From positions 1,674,001 to 1,738,000 of the forward strand of contig LSRY02000010.1 of assembly GCA_001643675.2 (NCBI GenBank): a DNA stretch of 64,000 nucleotides, in the 5' to 3' direction. The notes under the pieces are model-generated. The model did not search any database. It was not told the DNA's origin and worked only from the letters and a program-made list of their open reading frames with translations. The position numbers and the translations under genes are program-made. Each line of letters opens with the position of its first letter. Position 1 is the first letter of the stretch. This stretch comes from Monocercomonoides exilis PA203. Its lineage: Eukaryota > Protista > Preaxostyla. Positions 1 through 10,753 of the stretch are shown here, piece after piece.

Positions 1-370
1 AATGGATGAGGCATGATATTGAATTTGGCAACAGTTACGGATTGACCATGGCCATGCTTTGGATAGCGAATGTTGAGGCAGAACCACCAGAATTGATGAG
101 ACATGACAGCATGATTGCTGACAAGGATGGAAATACGATGGCCATGTATTGGATTATTTGCAAGAAAACTGACCCACCAGAATGGATGAGACATGATATT
201 GAATTTGCCGATAAGAATGGAAGAACGATGGCTATGCACTGGATAAGAATTGTGAAGACAGAACCACCAATGTGGATGAGACACGAAAAAATAATTAAAG
301 ATAAGGAAGGAAATACAATGGCCGATTATTGGAGAAAGCACGTTGGAACTGAACCGCCAGAGTGGATGAA
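1..370 (+). repeat. 90-bp coding tandem repeat, at least 4 units
   Basis: aatggatgag / aattgatgag / aatggatgag / tgtggatgag / agtggatgaa at 1, 91, 181, 271, 361. Confidence 0.9.
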
Positions 371-377
371 AAATTGA
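1..377 (+). CDS. 5'-truncated tandem-repeat protein, 30-aa ankyrin-like repeats (WMRHDxxxxDKxGxTMAMxWIxxxxxEPPE)
   Basis: Open frame from the window edge to TGA at 375-377. Repeat units start exactly 90 nt apart (1, 91, 181, 271, 361). The DKDGNTMAM motif resembles the ankyrin DKxGxTxLM motif. Confidence 0.75.
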   Translation, partial: WMRHDIEFGNSYGLTMAMLWIANVEAEPPELMRHDSMIADKDGNTMAMYWIICKKTDPPEWMRHDIEFADKNGRTMAMHWIRIVKTEPPMWMRHEKIIKDKEGNTMADYWRKHVGTEPPEWMKN

Positions 378-1213
378 TTTTTTCATTCAAACATTTGTGA
401 GAGGATGCAGAAAGCTTTATCTATATTTCATTTCAATAAGCAGGTATGCGATTAACAAGGTGACAACCACAAGATTAAACAAAAATCAAAACTTTTGGAA
501 GACTTTCTTCTTTGTGGATATTTTTGCCCTTCGTTTTCAATTGTTTTTAATATCAAATTCAAATGAGATGATGCATTCCTTTCTATATTTTACAAAAATA
601 AAATGAAATAAAAATGAAAACAAAAAAAAATTTTTTTTAATAATAATTTTCCATGGAAAAATAAGGAAAAACATGAGAATAATCCACATTCAAAAAAATT
701 CATCATTTCATAATTAATTACTCATTTCATCATGAATCAAAAATATGGATCATATAATCTTTTACAAAAAGAATGGTGCCATTTTTGGTTGATTTGTTAT
801 AAAGATTTATTTGATGAAAAAAAAAAGGTCTTCTTTCGCTTCTCCTTTAATTTCAAGTCCAATTGAAATTAGCGTTAAATACTCATAGAGTTTCAAATTT
901 CTTAAGAATAATTTCGGTTTCTTTTTTAGCCAAGCAAAAATAAGCATAAACTTGAAACGAGAAGGTCATCACATAATAATTTGCATCACAATTTTTCTGA
1001 AAATTCAATTTTTTTTTTCAAAGTTTCTTTGACCTCATTTGTTATAAATTGTTTCTTTCATTTCAATTTCATCTAAAATTTAAAAATCATAGCAAGAGAA
1101 AACACCAGTTTTGTTTTATTGATTTACAAATAAAAGAAAAATTTATACATTTTGACAGTTTTTGCGAAAAATAAAAACATTTTTCTTTTTTCAGAAAAAG
1201 TGAAATAAATTTA

Positions 1214-4200
1214 TTAGAATAATTGATCCCCTTCGTCTGCTTCATCACTTTCAAAATTCACCATTTCAGCTTGAATATCATCGTCTTCCACCTCATAATT
1301 GTTTTGTTCATCCTCCGATATAAGCTCATGTTCTTCCATTTTTTCGTTATTTTCGATGAAATTCTGTTCACTTTTGTCTGCCTGGTCAGCTGCATTATCT
1401 TCCTTTTCATTATTATCATTTGCTTCTTCTCCATTCTCATCAAAAACAAGTTCGCCATAATCAGCTTCATAAGTATCGTCATTGTCAAAGTGCATTGCAT
1501 CGTCTTGGTTTTCAAACTGATTGCCATTTGCTTCGTCTGCTTCACCAACTTCTTCAGCTTCTCCAGTTTCTCCAGCAATTCCATACTCATCAGCTGTGTC
1601 TTTCATTTCAAAATTATCTTCTGCGGCTACATTTTCATCGACTTCAATTTTGAATTCTTGCGCTTCACCTGAAGTAGATTCCATTCCTAAATTTTCCTCT
1701 TTCTCAAACTTTGCATTTTCATCTTCGATTTCTGCGGATTGAGCTTCATTGCTTGTGCCCTCTTCATCTGCAACTTCATTTTCTGCTTCATGTTCAGAAT
1801 ATTGCTCATTTCCCTCTAATTTTTCATCGTCCTCTGCAACTTCCGCTTCTTTTTCAGATGGCTCTTCAAAAGGCTCAGAATATTCGTTATTCCCTTCGTC
1901 TTCTTCGTTTTCATTGTCAGCTTGAACTTTGTCGTCGGTTTCATCTTCTTTTTCTTCCTGATCAAATCCTTCTTCTTCGTATTCTTCTTCTTTTTCTTCT
2001 TTTTCTTCTTCATGAGCAAACTCTTCGGTTTCTAAATCTGCTTTGTCATTTGCATCGGTCTGTTGAGGAATATCTTCATTCAAACTCAAATTCTCATTTT
2101 CTTCATTCCCCCTTTCACTTTCTTCTTTCGTAATTTCTTCATCTTCTTGTTCGGGTTGATGTTCAGAAGAAAATTCGCTTTCACTTTCTGCGGCATTCGC
2201 TTTCTCTTCCTCAAACGGTTCGGCATCTCCTTCACTTCCTTGTACTTCTGCTTCAGCTTCAGCTTCGGCTTCGGCTTCATTTTCATCTCCCTGAGAATTG
2301 GATAATTCGCCTAAATATTCTTGTTCCTCATCTTCTCCTTTCTCATTCTCTTCTTCCTCTTTGACTTTGCCTTCATGTGTTTCATCTTCAAATATTCCTG
2401 TTTGCTTTGAAGGTAAAAATGACTCGTTTGTCTCTTCTTCTTTTTCTCTTCCTTCAGAAGAATTCTGCGACTGTGCATGAGATTTCCCCTGTTTCTTTGA
2501 AATCTTCTCAAATTCTTTCTGATTCCGATTGCTTCGCCTTGCAAAAGAAACCGAATCTGCTGCAATAACATCTGTTTCCATGAGAATGTCCAGCTGCTTT
2601 TTGGCTTCGGCTGCTTTTCTTTCTTGCATCCTTCTCATTTCGAGCACTTCATCTGCATCTTGCTCGTTTTGTCGCCTCCTCTTTTGATTTTCGTTGTCTG
2701 AAGGATACTTTTGGCTGTCTTTACGATAACCTCTTCCACTGTTTCTGTCTCTTTTTCCTTCTTCTCTCTTGATCTTCGTTGCTGCTGGAGTCATCTGCGT
2801 TCCGTGTGTAGCAGTATTTCTGCGATGTTTCCGATTTGCATTTTCTCCATCTGCTCCATCTCTGTATCCTTCAATCGATTCGATATTCGCTTCATCGCTC
2901 CCTTCGTTCTCATACTCGTCATCATCTTCGTCTTCTATCTCCCAAATGTCTTCATGTTCAGATGAGCTGTCATACCCTGCTGGATCAACATCAAGTTCTT
3001 CGTCTATTTCTCCCTCGTCATCATCATCAACATCGCCATCACGCCGCGACAAATATCTTTCATTCCCCATTCGCTTCCGGTCTCCTCGTGTGTAATACTC
3101 CGGACTCTGCTTTCCCCTCCTTCCTTTTTCCTCTTCTTCTTCTCCTTCTTCTTCCCAAGCTTCTCTTCCCGGTGCTTCTCTGCTTCTTCTCCATTCTTGT
3201 TCAGGCGATACTTTTTGATCTGTTGCATATCCACTCCCACTTTGGGACTTTTTCGCCTTGTTTGCAAATTCTGGTGTCTGTGTTGACGTCCGTCTGCGTA
3301 TGCTCTGCTGGGAAGTTGTTGGACGATCAGCTAAATCAGCATTGGCTGCGCGCTTGCGATGAAGATTTCCCTCAGATTTGGCGCTTGCTGGCTGCCTCTG
3401 CCTCTGCCTCATCCTCTCTTCTTCTCTCAAGCGACTAATCCGATCCATTTTCTTCCTTTCTGCTTCTTTCTTCTCTTTTTCTCTTTTCCGCATGCGCTGA
3501 ATTTTCTCCAATTCCCTGAACCTTCGCCTCTCTTCCTCAGAAATATACTCCTTCCGCTCCAAAATCATCTTCCGCTTCTCCAAATCAACATCAACATGCT
3601 CAAACAAATACGGCCGGCCGCGCGCATTCTGCTCAATTTCCTTCAGCTTCTCCTTCGTCATCTGCTCTTGCTGGCTCCTCTTTTCTTTCGACTGTGCGAT
3701 TTTCCTCTCTCTCTGCTCTTCCAGCTCTTTCTTCCGACTTATCAGCTTGTCCTTGATCGCATTCTTCGCCATCTCCAATCGCCTTTGCCTCTCTTCTTCC
3801 TCTCGCCTCTCTCGCTCTTCTTTCTCCTTCCTCCTTTTCAAAAGCTCCGACGTCACTTTCTCTCGCTGCTTCTGCGCATACGTCTTCTTCTGCTCCGCTT
3901 GCTGCGGCTTTTCTGGCGGTTTGTATTCGCTTGCTCTCCTCCTCTCTCTTTCTTCTTTCTCCCTTTGCATTCTTCTCCTCTCCTCTTCCTCTTCTTTCTC
4001 TCTTTGCCTCGCCTCGATTTCAGCCGTGTGGAAGTGGAACGGCTGAGGCGTAGTCTCCTTGTGGTGCTGCTTCAGATCCTCCAGCCGCTCCATAAACTTG
4101 TTCGCAAGTGCAACATGATCAGGCACGACTCGGTTGATCTTCGGTTTAAACGTGTGGCTGGGTGTTAGCCCACTCCGCTTCTCATATTCCTTTTTCTGCT

Positions 4201-6035
4201 GCCGCTGCACCGCGCCGTGTGTGCGCTCCCACTCCTCCATCCGCGGCGGCAGGGCAGACTCCTTCAGCAGGTCGTGTTTTTCCATCGGCCTCAGCTTCTC
4301 TCGTGCACTCTGCAGCTCCTTCTCTTTCGTCGTGTGCCCAAACACCACGTTGTATGGCCCGTCCTTCCTTCCTGTCGACAATGTGCGTGTGGAGATGTCC
4401 TTTTCTGTGCCTTGCTTCCGCACTATCTTTGGCTCTGCTTTGCGGATTTGCTCAAGTTCTTCCTTTTTGATTTGCTCGGCTTTGCGCCTCTGTGTGTTGA
4501 AAGCAAAGCGTTTATAAGACAGAAAAAAAAAAAAAGAGAGAGAGAGAGAAGAAGAAGAAGAAATTGTTTAAAAATATAATAATGAATAACATTCGTAATA
4601 AAAGGTTGAAAAAAACAGTTAATGTTTTGAACAAAAGATAATTGTATATCAAAAAATAACAAACCCACAACTCTCTTTCTTTCAGATCTCTCTCATAAAA
4701 AGTGAAAGGCTTAGTTGCCTTCTGCAGCTGTTCTTTGCTTGTCGCCTTGATTTCTTCTCTTCTTTTTCTCTGCTCTTCCTCCATTTTGCTCCACAGCATT
4801 TCAGACGTGGATGCAGGCACCTCTCTTGCCTTGAACGGCCTAAATCTCCTCCCCCACGCCTCCTCAAGCTCCTTCTCCTCTTCGTCTTCTCTACTACTCC
4901 TTCTGCCCCGCTTCCCACTTCCAGTTGTGTTGCTCATCGATTTCAGCGTATTGCCCTTCAGACGCTCCTTCGCCTCTCTCAACTGGTCTTCTTTGACTGT
5001 TTTCCCAAACACAATCCGATACGGACTTCCAGATGGATCTCTTCTAGTCCTTCCATTTTCTGCCTCTTCAGAGGTCGCGTCTGTCTTTGCGCTAAATAGC
5101 TCGTCTGCTATTGGAGGCGCTTTCCGAATGCCACCTTGTCCAACGATCGGATCGTCCTCGTATTCTTTGTTCACTCTCTCCTTTCGGGCAGCTTCTGTGT
5201 GCTCTTTCAGAGCTTCTTTCGTCTTCAGCCAGGCATCTATCTCGGCCATTGCCCGCGCAGGAGGCTTAGCAGAAGCAGAGGTAGTGTAGCGTCGAGTTAT
5301 TACACCAAACGCAGGAGTTGTTGAAGTGAAAGAAGAGTGACGTGATGATGTGGAATTTGAAAGAGAATAGGATGAGTTAACTTGATGTGGAGGTGAATGA
5401 GAAGAAAAGGTGGATGACTGCAGATGGCTTGATAATGTAGCTGAAGTACGATCATGAAAATTGTGTGGGCTATTGTCCTTAAATAGTGGATAATCTTCTT
5501 CGTCTTCATTATTATTCGAATCCATTGACACCTCCGATCGAGGTGTATCTAACTTATCTGCTTCATCATCTTGCTTGGTTGTCTTAACTTTTCGTTCATC
5601 ATCGCTTTCTGAATCAAATAAAGGTATTCTTTTTTGGGGATGCGACTTTTCTTCTAATGAACTTTGACGATACTTTCCCTTTCGATCAGAAAAGTTCAAA
5701 CTTTGTTGATTGGAAGAAGACGATGACATTTTCCTTATCATTTGAAAAGTTTTTTCCTTTGTTGGAAATGTTTGAGGATCAATAATGTCGGGTTCAAATT
5801 TTATTGTTTTTACACGAATTCCAGGTTGCGAGTCACTTTCCACATCAATTGTTTGATTTGATGGCATGCCTTTAATTTTATTATACAATTCTTCGGATGC
5901 TGCAAGATTTGCTTTCTGCTGCTGCTTTAATGTTTCGAGAATACGTAATTTTTCCTCAAATTGTCTTCCAGTAAAAAAATCTGGTGTTGGAGCCGATGGC
6001 ATAGTTTCTAAAGGAAGTTGGGGAAACTGTTCCAT
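1214..6035 (-). CDS. FAM161: FAM161/UPF0564-like centriolar/ciliary microtubule-binding protein with long acidic tail; join(6035..4665,4489..1214)
   Basis: The 507-aa and 1069-aa ORFs join in phase 0 through a GT-AG intron at 4664..4490 (ERELW|RRKAEQ). Motifs FRPFKAREVP, KPFTFYERD, TFKPKINRVVPD, TTPQPFHFH and RPYLFE match the FAM161 domain pattern. Confidence 0.75.
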
Positions 6036-6339
6036 TCAAAAAAATAAAAATTTCCTTTAAAGCTTTCAAAATCAAAATTTAAGATAATAAATAAAATAAT
6101 GTTTTGGCACAAAGATCAATTTTTATGCATGATGCATTCTCTTAGTCGGCTTTGTATTGTTATTGTCTCTCTTCTCAATATTGGAAATTTTTATCAATAA
6201 AGAATGCTTTCTTGTTGACATTAATTTTTCTTGAAAACGCACATTCATCAGAACTGAAAATGTATTGTTCACGAATGACTGAGTTGTTCATCTTTAATTC
6301 ATTATTAATTAATCAAAAAAAGACATCTCATATTATTGA

Positions 6340-8540
6340 TAATAGAGCATTTGACAGAGAAAATTTATTTGGTGAATAAAGGTCAGAATTCCCAAATGCA
6401 ATAGATGATTGAAGAAATGAAAGATTTTGAACATGAAATCAAAAAGAAAATTGAATCAGAGAGACAAATATCCAAATAAGAATGAAGGGAATGAAATGGG
6501 TTTGAAGGAAAATTTGATGATTTTCGTTAATCAGATTTTTGAAAGCACAGAATAATCATTCTGTTATTAATTTGTATTATTCTTTGTTGAGCAAAAGAAT
6601 CCACAAAATGATTATGGATGAAGAGAGAGAAAAGAAATAAGAACAAAAAGCTTCTAATTGATCTTATGGATGCTATGTTTTGATTTTCAACTGTTATTCT
6701 TCAGAATTGAGAAAAATATGCATGAACTGAATTATGAAAATTTCTTTGAACAAAGAGAAAGAGAGAACTCACAAGCATATGGAAGTTGTGCAATTGGCTT
6801 TTTGTTGTTTCAATTACATTATGATTTGCATTTTTCAGCTGTTTTTTTGATTTATCAAGTTTTTTTATGAATAAAATCGTTTATTGGAGAACGTTATTCG
6901 AATGAGACTCCGGAAGTTATCAAATACCATTAAGTACATGGCATTTTCACTCAATTTGCATATCCATCAATTTTGCTATTCTTGTTCCGAAGGTTTGATG
7001 ATGACAGAAGTGTGGAAGTAGTTGTATATAAGTTAAATTTTGTGAAAGAAGCAACAAGAGAATTGGAATGAATGACAAAATATGTTGAAAGGAAGTATAA
7101 AAAGAAATGAAAGAAAAGTTCATTATCAAAAGAAGTTAAAGGTAAAATATTTCTTTTCACTTTTTTCCAGATTGTAATTTAGAAAATAAATTTCAGAGTT
7201 TGTGAACAAATATCAAACATTTTAATTAATGTGAGAGAAAAGCTTGGAGAGATGTAATTGAAAATGTCTTTTTTGTCCAAAATTTGAAACAACATTTTGA
7301 AAGTGTTTGCTCATTAATGACAGATTTGAGCCTGACGAGCTTTTTGAGAGAATATGATGATGATCGCGCAAAAATTAACTTTTTTCTGAATGATTACTTT
7401 CCTGCAATTTTCTTTCAAATATTTGAAAAAAAAAAAGAAGGGAGAAAAATGATTGGCATATGGTACTTATACGCCACCTTGCCAAATTAAAGATAAACTT
7501 CAGATCATTTGTTTAAAGCACATTTGAAAAGATAATTCAATCGTTAATTAGTGGTAAAATCAGATTTTATTGAAAAAAAAATTGATCAACCCAAAAAAAA
7601 ATTCAAAATATTTGAGCACAAAATTGTCGGTTTTTTTATTGATGAGTAATATATAATACCAAAAACATTAACGAATGTTAAACATTTAATCATTTGATGG
7701 AGGAAAAGCATTTGTTTACCCTGTGGCAAACAGATCTGCTTCAGTATTAATTCTATTAATAAAAAAAATATATTCGTTCCGGAACAGAAATTCACTCTGA
7801 TCAATGGAAAGCTTATTCTTCTTTAAGTGAGAATGGATTCACACACAAGACTGTCAATCATTCCGATCATTTTGTAGGTTTTTTTTTTCCTTTTTTTATT
7901 GTCTTTTTTCATGAAATGTTATTTTTCATTTATTCAGATCCAATCACAGGCGCTTGCACAAATCATATCGAAGCGTTGTGGGGTGCACTTCGAAAGTTCC
8001 TGCCTTCACATGGAGTAAGACAAAATAGAATGCAAGAATATATCCATTCATTTTTGTTTTTCTGAAATCGAAAAGTTGATTTTTCCATTTTTGTGTCGAA
8101 TGTTTTGAAATTCAGTGATGAAGAATACAAAGCTCTTGTGGATGAAGCTTTTGGTGCAGAAGAAGAGGAAGAAGAAGCTGAAGCAGAAATGCTTCACGAA
8201 GAAGAATCTTCAGAATCCGATTATGAACTTGAAACAGATACATCATCAGAGGGGGCTGGGGATGGGGCTGATGCATCTGAATGGGAGGCTGATAAATATT
8301 TACCGATTTTTTCACATAACATCCATCTAAATTTTTTAAAACAACATGCTCTCTTTGATTATTTCTTTGTTTAATAAAGATTTGTGAGGTGGCTTATAAG
8401 TACCATTTGCCAAATGATTGAAAAATAATCATTTAACAAGAAAATTAAAAATGAAAAAAGAGATTCAGTTTTTGAGGAAAACTATCAGTGAATATGTCGT
8501 TCATTTATCCAAACATTCATTGGAAAGGAAGATGACAACA
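6340..8540 (+). pseudogene. Decayed paralog of the lineage-specific family at 53398-54732, interrupted near its 3' end by the Merlin element; boundaries approximate
   Basis: Frameshifted or stop-containing fragments such as SLLSKRIHKMIMDEE..KLLIDL and IKYH..LNFVKEATRELE align by eye with SLLNERLAKMIIDEE..QFLIDL and MKYHQ..LHFAREAARELIE in the 53-54 kb gene. Confidence 0.6.
7455..8411 (+). mobile_element. Merlin (IS1595/ISXO2-like DDE) DNA transposon, internally deleted and non-autonomous, 957 bp, with TIRs and 8-bp TSD
   Basis: Left TIR ggcatatggtacttatacgccacct (from 7455) versus reverse complement of the right end ggcaaatggtacttataagccacct (ending 8411). Perfect direct repeat AAATGATT at 7447-7454 and 8412-8419. 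Internal translation IRSGTEIHSDQWKAY..FTHKTVNHSDHFV|DPITGACTNHIEALWGALRK is the IS1595 transposase C-terminal half. Intron at 7878..7937. Frameshift and stop present. Confidence 0.92.
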
Positions 8541-8798
8541 TTATTTATGGTAGAAGCAAACTATTGTTCTTTGCTACAATTATTTTAATTTTTATAACAA
8601 AGTGGATAAAAACGTTGAAAAAATAATGAATGAATACTGTCTTGATTTTTGAAACACATCACCTTCAGTTTGTTTTTTAAATGTATTTCGTTCAATATTT
8701 CACTTTTTCAAATTTTGTTTTGAAATTTCTTTCCCATAATATAATTATATTTTGATTAAATAAAAATTTTTCTAAGTTAAAAAAGGAAAGATATTTAA

Positions 8799-9910
8799 AT
8801 GGAAGATGATAAAGATATAAGAGATCAAGTTTTATCAACCGAACAAATGATTGAAGGAAATTCTGAATGGTACGAAAGAACAAAAGATTTTTGGATCAAA
8901 TCTCCTGCAACTGTAAGTGGTTTGATAAATATAATATAAAATATAGTTAATCATTTATATTTTTATTTTTAAAGGGATGCTCGGAGCACTCCCACACGTT
9001 GCTCCTCCGGATGAAAAAGGTATGCTCAAAATTTCAGAAAAACTTAACTCTGATTTTTTCTTTTCAGATTCATTGAATTATTTGAAGGGAATGTATAGAC
9101 ATCGAGCAACGCCCATGACAGGAACAATCGCTTTGGGTTTGTTGTTATTTTGAAAACTCTATGAATCGAATGTTTTTTCTTAAAGATATTGGAGCTGGAA
9201 TTGGGCGAGTGACAGAAAAAGTTCTTCTAAAATGCTTTACCAAAGTTGACATACACGATCAGAATCAAAATTTTTTGAACAAGGCATGGGGTAGATTAAG
9301 TTCATATGTAAAGTCTGGTCGACTCCGAAATAAATTTGCATCTCCTCTTCAAGATTTCACACCACCAGAAAAAGAGTACGATTTAATATGGATACAATGG
9401 GTTATTGGATACTTACCATCAATGGACTTGATACGATGCTTGAATAGGATGAAAGCTGCACTGAAACCTGGGAAAGGTGTAATTGTCATAAAAGAAAACT
9501 GCGCAAGAGATGAAGAGATAATTGACAATGATGATAATTATATCATAAGATCAGTTGAAAATTGGACAAAAATCTTTAATAAATCCGAATTGCATGTTGT
9601 TTCAGCTCGGAGAGACGAAAGCCTTCCAAAATCAATTATGCCAGTTTATTTTTTCCTTTTAAGTCCAAATGATGATTCTGTTGATGATGATGAGTCTGAA
9701 ATTCCAATGAAAGAGATGAAGAAATCAAAAGCTAAAATGCAAGAGTTAAAAATGCGAAAAGAAAAAAGTCAAACCAAAAAGGAAAGAAAAAGGAAATATG
9801 ATGATGATGAGAAATGCGAAGATGAAATCGAAGAAGATGAAGAAGATGAAGAAAACGAAGAGGAAGAGGAAGAGGAGGAAGTAAAAGTTGGACAAAAGAA
9901 AGACAAATAA
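8799..9910 (+). CDS. NTMT1: Alpha-N-terminal protein methyltransferase (NTMT1/NRMT1/Tae1); introns 8920..8974, 9020..9067, 9137..9185
   Basis: Spliced product reads WYERTKDFW..PATVSGMLGALPHV..ALDIGAGIGRVT..YDLIWIQWVIGYL..GVIVIKEN..DDNYIIRS, all NTM1 family motifs, followed by an acidic/basic tail. Confidence 0.92.
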
Positions 9911-10152
9911 CTCTTTAAAAAAATTTTTTTAAAAAAATTGACAAAGAATGAAGAATTGATAAGAAAATTCAAACCAATTAACTGGATTACTCTAAAAAGA
10001 TTTGAAAAGGTTATGCTTCTTCATGAAGTGTAAATAATACTAAGATGAATATTTCAAATGAAAATTTACCATTTTTTTTATAAAAATTTATTTAAACATG
10101 ATAATTTTTCGTGATATGATCCATAACCATTACTTAAATAAGACAAATAAAA

Positions 10153-10485
10153 ATGGATTCCCAATCAATTACCGTTCTTGAAGGTGTGCAATTTGCAATT
10201 GCTTTTCGAAAGCGTCATTTTCTTCTCATATATTGTTGCAATAACTTGGTGCATTTATTTTTTGATTGTTATTATGAATAAAATAATATATTTTTATCAG
10301 AAACCCCTGAATCAATCACAGATGCTGTTCAAAAACTCGACAAATTTCTAGAGCAAACATCTACAATACAGAGTAGTACACGAGAACATTTAACCAAACT
10401 CTCTGAAGCGCTTAGAATGAATCCATCTTTTGAACAGCAAGAAGCTCCGGAGCAACACATATTTAGTCAATTCTTCGAAACTTGA
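10153..10485 (+). CDS. Small two-exon gene, 71 aa; join(10153..10183,10301..10485); possible RNA polymerase I A14/Ker1-like protein
   Basis: ATG, GT-AG intron 10184..10300, in-frame join (216 nt): MDSQSITVLEETPESITDAVQKLDKFLEQTSTIQSSTREHLTKLSEALRMNPSFEQQEAPEQHIFSQFFET. Missed by the ORF track. Product identity is tentative. Confidence 0.6.
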
Positions 10486-10753
10486 ATAACTAAACAATAT
10501 TCACTTCACATTTTATCAAAATTTTTTAAATGATAAGTTGAAACTTATCGATATCTTTAAAAGATTTTACGTTTTAGCTTTCTCTGGATTTTTAAAATTT
10601 TTTGTGAATTTATTAAAAAGTTATTTACTTGTAAAAACATATTGAGAACATTTTCAACTGGAATTTGTCTGGGAGCAAATTTTCATTTAATAGAAATGGA
10701 ATATTCTTTATGATCTTTGATAGATCTTGCACATACTAAAAATCAATTATTAT

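Noticed and set aside
848-871. Hairpin taatttcaa-N6-ttgaaatta
   Set aside because: A 9-bp AT-rich stem is expected by chance in this composition.
8093-8374. 93-aa acidic ORF
   Set aside because: It is the C-terminal tail of the broken Merlin transposase, not a separate gene.
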